NCBI GenBank assembly: GCA_043228905.1
Contig: JBHGNT010000007.1
Span: forward strand, 18,290,001-18,354,000
Length of the DNA stretch: 64,000 bases
Direction: 5' to 3'
Source: Azolla caroliniana
Taxonomy: Eukaryota; Plantae; Polypodiophyta
Below are positions 59,436-64,000 of the stretch, piece by piece. The notes beneath the pieces are model-generated. The model did not search any database, had not been told where the DNA came from, and saw nothing but the letters and a program-made list of their open reading frames with translations. Position numbers and translations under genes: made by a program. Numbering within the stretch: the first letter of the stretch is position 1; each line of letters starts with the position of its first letter.

Positions 59436-61790
59436 TCGGTTGCTTCCGGTGTGCTTCTGGGATGTCCCGGAAACGGTGAAGCACGACTTCCTACGCTCCA
59501 TCACTCCCTAGTCCAAGACCCCCGTGGTCCCGCCTTTCTCCACGCATGTGCATAACAACGCGACACCGTGTGTTGTGAGTTGGGCCTTCGTGAAGGGTTG
59601 GCACATCGGAGAAAATTACCCGTCGGACTTCAATGGATTTTTCGACTGATTGATGCATGGTCGACTTGTTGAACACGACGTCCGAACTTCTGATGGTCTG
59701 TCAGTGCTCGGGGTCCTAGAGTCAGTATCCAATTTCACCATCTGGTCCATAATCGAGGAAAATACATTTCCTAGACCTTGGTGCAAGTTTGCGGCAATCA
59801 TCTTTCGAGATGAGGGCGTACACCTCGCATCCGAAAATCATCAACTTGTCATAATTCAGCTTACCACCGGTCCATAATTCCTGAGGGATCCGAAGTCCTA
59901 GAGGCCTACTCAACGACATGTTGATTATGTGTATTGCCGTACGTAGGGCCTCTGCCCAGAAGCCATTCGACAGTCCAGAGTGTTGGAGCATGGAAACTAT
60001 CCTTTCTTGAATTGTCCGATTCATTCCCTCAGCAATTCCATTCTGCTTCGGACTGTGGGGTGCCGTAAATTCATGTCTTATGCCGTGTTGTCGGCAAAAT
60101 TTGACAAATTCCTCTTATTTGAACTCTCCCCCGTTATCGATTCGAAGGCATTTTAGTTTTGGACTGGACTGGTTCTCAACCATAGCGAGCCAATCAGAGA
60201 AGATCGAGAGCACTCGATCTTTGGTTTTGATCGGATAAGCCCACACCTTCCGAGTTGAGTTGTCAATGAAGCTGACGAAGTATGAAGCACCTCCAAGAGA
60301 CTGATGTGGCATAGGACCACAGACGTCTGAGTGGACCAAATCGAGCAGACTTGATTCTCTTGGGGCGGATGACGGGTGTGTCGCGGCTGTCTGTTTGCCA
60401 TATTAGCAATGCTCGCAGAACTGATGATCCGAGAAGGAGAGTTTGGGGATGTATCCGACTCTAGATAAGTGCGTCATGCCGGCCTTGATGAGGTGTTAGA
60501 TTCGTCCATGCCATAGTGATGACACGGGAATGTCAACTAGAAATAGGTCACCCTCTCTGAGTGTGACGTGTAAAGGATATAATCAGTGTATCTTCGGTCC
60601 TCGAGCAAGCAAGAGGTTCCTCCTACGGAGCGTCCACCCTCCTGATGAGAAGCCAACACGAATGCCATCTTCATCCAATTGTCCGACTGAGATCAGTGGT
60701 TTGGAGAGCTCAAGTCCCTGTCGGACATTACGTAGCACTAATGTAGAGCCACCCGCAAGGTTGAGCTCTATTGTGCCGATTCCAATTATGTTGCAGTGTT
60801 GCGAATTTCCTACTCGGACTGAGTCGAAATGTCGGGCCATGTATTTACGGAATTGGGATCGATGAGGAGTCACATGAAAGGACACACCCGAATCTAAGAG
60901 CGATGTGCTCGATTCTTCAGTTGTAAGCAGAACTTCTGATTCAACTGGGTTCTCAATTGATAGTATGTTTGGGTTCTTTGATAATACTTCGGTTGTAGAG
61001 CCGACGTTGTTGATCTCGTCGTGTTGGCCGCTCTTCTAATCGGCTCGTTGAGCCTTATCGTTTTTGGCCTTGAGTGCATGGCAATCGGCTTTGATGTGCC
61101 CGGGTTTCTTGCAGTAGTTGTAGACTTGATTATCCTGAGACTTGCTCCGACTTCGTTGATTGTTCGGCTGCCGTGAAGAACCTCTTCCACGGTTGTTCGA
61201 TCGGTCGGTCGAACCTTGTACTATGTAGGCGTTGTTCGCTGAATCGTTTGCAAATGATTTTCTCCGAGCTACTTCAGTCAGAATTGCACTCGTGACTGAG
61301 GAGTACTTGACGACAGCTGTTGACTCATTGCACACGGTTGTAACGAAGGTTTCCCAAGAAGGAGGGAGACTACTCATAAGCAACATTACTTTTAGTTCAT
61401 CCTCGATAGTCATCCCATGGGGCGCAATTTGGGAGCTTAAGCTTTTGTACTCGTTCAGGTGTGCCTGGACCGAGTCGGACTCTTTCATCCGAAGAGTTAT
61501 AAAGGCGTCGAATCAAGTATATCTTGGTGGCGACGACCTTCTTTTCGTAAGTGTCTGAAAGTGTCTTCCATAGTTGGAAGGCAGTCGAGCACGATCGCAT
61601 TGTGAAGTACACAGACTCCGATAGGTGCATTCGAATGGTGGCTTGGACAATTCTATCGAGCTTTTCCCATTTAAGCGGCTTGTATCCTTCTGGAGGGTCT
61701 TCATTCTCAATGGGGTCAATTTCCCCCTTGACTATTAAATAGTCCTACATCTGCTCCTTCGAGAAGTTGAAGTTCGTATAATGCATGAGT
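56353..61790 (-). mobile_element. Decayed Ty1/copia nested in the TIR element; 3' LTR present, 5' LTR and PBS not found
   Basis: Minus strand: gag (LMSSLPPSWETFVT, YCKKPGHIKADC), protease (LDSGVSFH), integrase (VHSDVCGP, LRIDNGGEF, FWAEA), RT (FKARLVAKGF, YGLKQAPQQW), RNase H (GYTDLDFAG, SKHIDVRYHF); PPT-like AAGGGAG next to LTR start TGTTGAA at 56687. The far LTR boundary is approximate. Confidence 0.88.
58733..59553 (+). mobile_element. ~820-bp solo-LTR-like insertion inside the decayed copia
   Basis: Inverted termini TGCACA...TGTGCA; AACA duplicated on both sides (58729-58732 and 59554-59557); TATAAAAG at 58977; (GA)n, (GT)n and (CT)n tracts. Removing it rejoins the copia IN-RT linker. 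Confidence 0.75.
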
Positions 61791-62045
61791 CATGCTAGTG
61801 AGAGCAACGGTAGTTTAGGAAGAAATCAGAGATCGAGGCAATTTGTGGAAGGTTTGTGGCATCTATGTAGTGCTTCCAATAGGCTGGAAGAGGAGTATGC
61901 AACTTCAGGTATTTGCTATGTGTTTTGTCTTCTTGCTTGTTGAAGACTTAGCTCGACGTTCAAACCCTTTTGGAAACAAGTTCTAGCTAGCATGTCACAA
62001 ACTTGAGTTAGTGGTTTTCGTGGCTGAATCTGATTTGAGGAGGAT

Positions 62046-62627
62046 GTGCAAAGCAGGGGAAATGGCATCCACATTGACCATGAGTCTATTGACCATGTGG
62101 ATACGATGCCCCAAGATGTGTTTGAGTGCTTTCACATCGTCAATCTACTTTGGGTGCAACTTCATGCGCAAAGTTATAAGTTGGAGGACATCCTTGTACA
62201 TTTTCTTGAACGCGATTTCATCTTCATATCCACATTGCAATCAGGGCATTAGGTGTTGTGGATGAAGATGCAACATAGTCCACAAGGTGTCCCATGTACT
62301 TTTTGTGATCCACTTAATAATGATGCAACATGCACTTTGAAGAATCTGGAAGAGATGACCATATGGACGATATGTGGCGGCAATGACGACCGTTGTATCG
62401 TAATGGAAGGTTGACATGACATCTTGCACATCCCAACCTAACCTGATGGGTGGGATTGTGCCTATTATGTGATGCAATCCATTAGGATGTTAGTGGAGGA
62501 GTTCATCCAAGGCTTCACCATCACACAATTTTGGAAGTATGAGCTCATGTGTGGATTGCATGTCACTTTTATAAGCAATGGGTGGGTTCTTATAGTGACA
62601 CATTTTGTACAGGGTAAAGAGAACTAG
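62046..62627 (+). pseudogene. Ulp1-like (peptidase C48, SUMO protease) pseudogene
   Basis: A single frame reads RDFIFISTLQSGH*VLWMK...FCDPL...HIPT*PDGWDCAYYVMQSIRML, matching the C48 pattern HW..L / D.L / P.Q.DG.DC..YV. Stops at TAG (from TGG), TGA and TAA (from CAA). Confidence 0.78.
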
Positions 62628-63210
62628 TTCGAACACGATGACATAACTCTCCTTCGGACAAACATGGTGAAATGGGCTCAAAGGATTTTTGGATTTCTAA
62701 TTTCATAGCCATGGCACATTTTGTATATGACTCTATAATTTTGTATATGAAACAACCATTTTGTGTATGACTCTACAATTTTGTATATGAAACAAACATT
62801 CTTAAAAGTTTAACAGTTTGGGATAGATTGTAACTAACCTCAATCTTGATTAGTGCTTCTCATTCAAAATGTTGTGAGTTCAAACATTGTGATTTATGCT
62901 TGGTCATTGAGCATCCCTTTAATACCCAATGATTCTATGATTGATATGCAAGCCTTCCTTTAGTACCCAATGATTCTGTGATTGATATACCATTTGATGT
63001 GTTACGGTTGTATTCACTTATTTTTCGGGACTCCTGATTTCTAATGTAGGTAGAATGGTGACTTGTTTGCTCATCATGGATGTGGGCGATCCTTGAGAGT
63101 TCTTGTTTCCAAAATATTCCAAAGCATCTAGAACATACACACATGCAACACTTCGCACCATCAAATACCACATAGTACCGCTATTGTGAATGTTGGTCTT
63201 AATGTTTAGA

Positions 63211-63255
<45 letters not shown>

Positions 63256-63716
63256 CTACAAGCCCAAGGATAGAGCAAACTTATGAAATGTTGGTTAAAT
63301 AGGTAGGGTGAGGAGGAATACAGTAATATACTATACTACATAGTAATATACATACTATGTCCTCCATTTTGATGTTTGTTCCCCAACATTGACCAAGAAG
63401 CAAAAAGTATAGAACCAAGATTTGAACTCTACACCTATAACACCTAAGAAACGTCTTTAATCACTAAGCCATCATTTATCATCAAAATTTACATTAGTTT
63501 TCTACTTTATTAGTGTTTCATTGTGAGGACAGTTAAGCACTTCATGATAGAGTTGGGCGCTTTGTGATAGAGGTCGTGGTCAAAGTAGGATGCTCTTTTA
63601 TTAGTGCACTCTTTTATATCCAAATCGAATGTGCCCTCAGTTGAGCGACCTGCACCATCCGTGGCCATGATTCCCTCGCCTAGCCTACTTATGATTTTGG
63701 CGCAATAGACACAAGC

Positions 63717-63721
63717 CATAC

Positions 63722-63770
<49 letters not shown>

Positions 63771-63773
63771 TAC
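63717..63773. repeat. (CATACA)n microsatellite between two TIRs
   Basis: About nine near-perfect units read directly from the sequence. Confidence 0.9.
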
Positions 63774-64000
63774 GACGTGTCTATTTGCACTAAAATCATA
63801 AATAGGCTTGGCGAGGGAATCACGACCACGTACGGTGCAGGTCGTTTAGTTGAGGGCGCGCGTGATCTGCACCATCCGATTTGGATAGAAAAAGGTGCGA
63901 ATAAAAAAATTGTCAGTAGTTGCCCAACTCTGACAGCTCGATCACCCAACTATTACAGATCAATGGCCCCACTATCACTAGCTTGGTTGCCCAACCAAAT
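63774..64000 (+). mobile_element. Left TIR of a second element of the same TIR family, running out of the window
   Basis: gacgtgtctatttgcactaaaatcataaataggcttggcgagggaatcacgaccacgtacggtgcaggtcg...gatttggata is a direct repeat of 54757-54900. Confidence 0.75.

Larger units (their letters stand above)
54757..63716 (+). mobile_element. ~9 kb long-TIR DNA element (Mutator-like, inferred) carrying a Ulp1 protease pseudogene and nested retroelements
   Basis: Left TIR from 54757 (gacgtgtctatctgcacctaaatcataaatag...gcgagggaatt...ccacggacggtgcaggtcgct...ttcgatttggata) is the imperfect inverse of ~63595-63716. Subterminal repeats 'gaagacgccctactcacac' at 54950-55165. No TSD or transposase recognised. 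Confidence 0.7.

Noticed and set aside
63410-63475. tRNA gene on the minus strand
   Set aside because: Only A/B-box-like motifs; no acceptor or anticodon stems could be formed.

Overview
Land-plant nuclear DNA; the PPR motif style and the TE-filled introns suggest a fern or other non-seed plant (inference). There are two host genes. (1) A 5'-truncated, intronless PLS-class PPR gene (1-2952, +) that ends after E1/E2 with a frameshifted E+ remnant. (2) A 42-exon, ~34.7 kb gene (16201-50868, +; 1393 aa by my manual splice model) for the plant 'ketose-bisphosphate aldolase class-II family' fusion protein: two beta-hydroxyacid dehydrogenase modules, a DUF1537/OtnK-type acid-sugar kinase and a class II aldolase. 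The rest is mostly transposable-element sequence: a young Ty1/copia with near-identical LTRs (9246-14572), solo LTRs, two decayed copia copies, an orphan 5S rRNA copy in an intron, and a ~9 kb long-TIR element (54757-63716) carrying a decayed Ulp1 SUMO-protease gene. About 20 3' ends of one (TTTC)n-tailed LINE family lie inside introns of gene 2 and I found none outside it. One copy inserted 2 nt upstream of a splice-acceptor AG, where its tail now forms the polypyrimidine tract. All calls were made by eye, without database searches.
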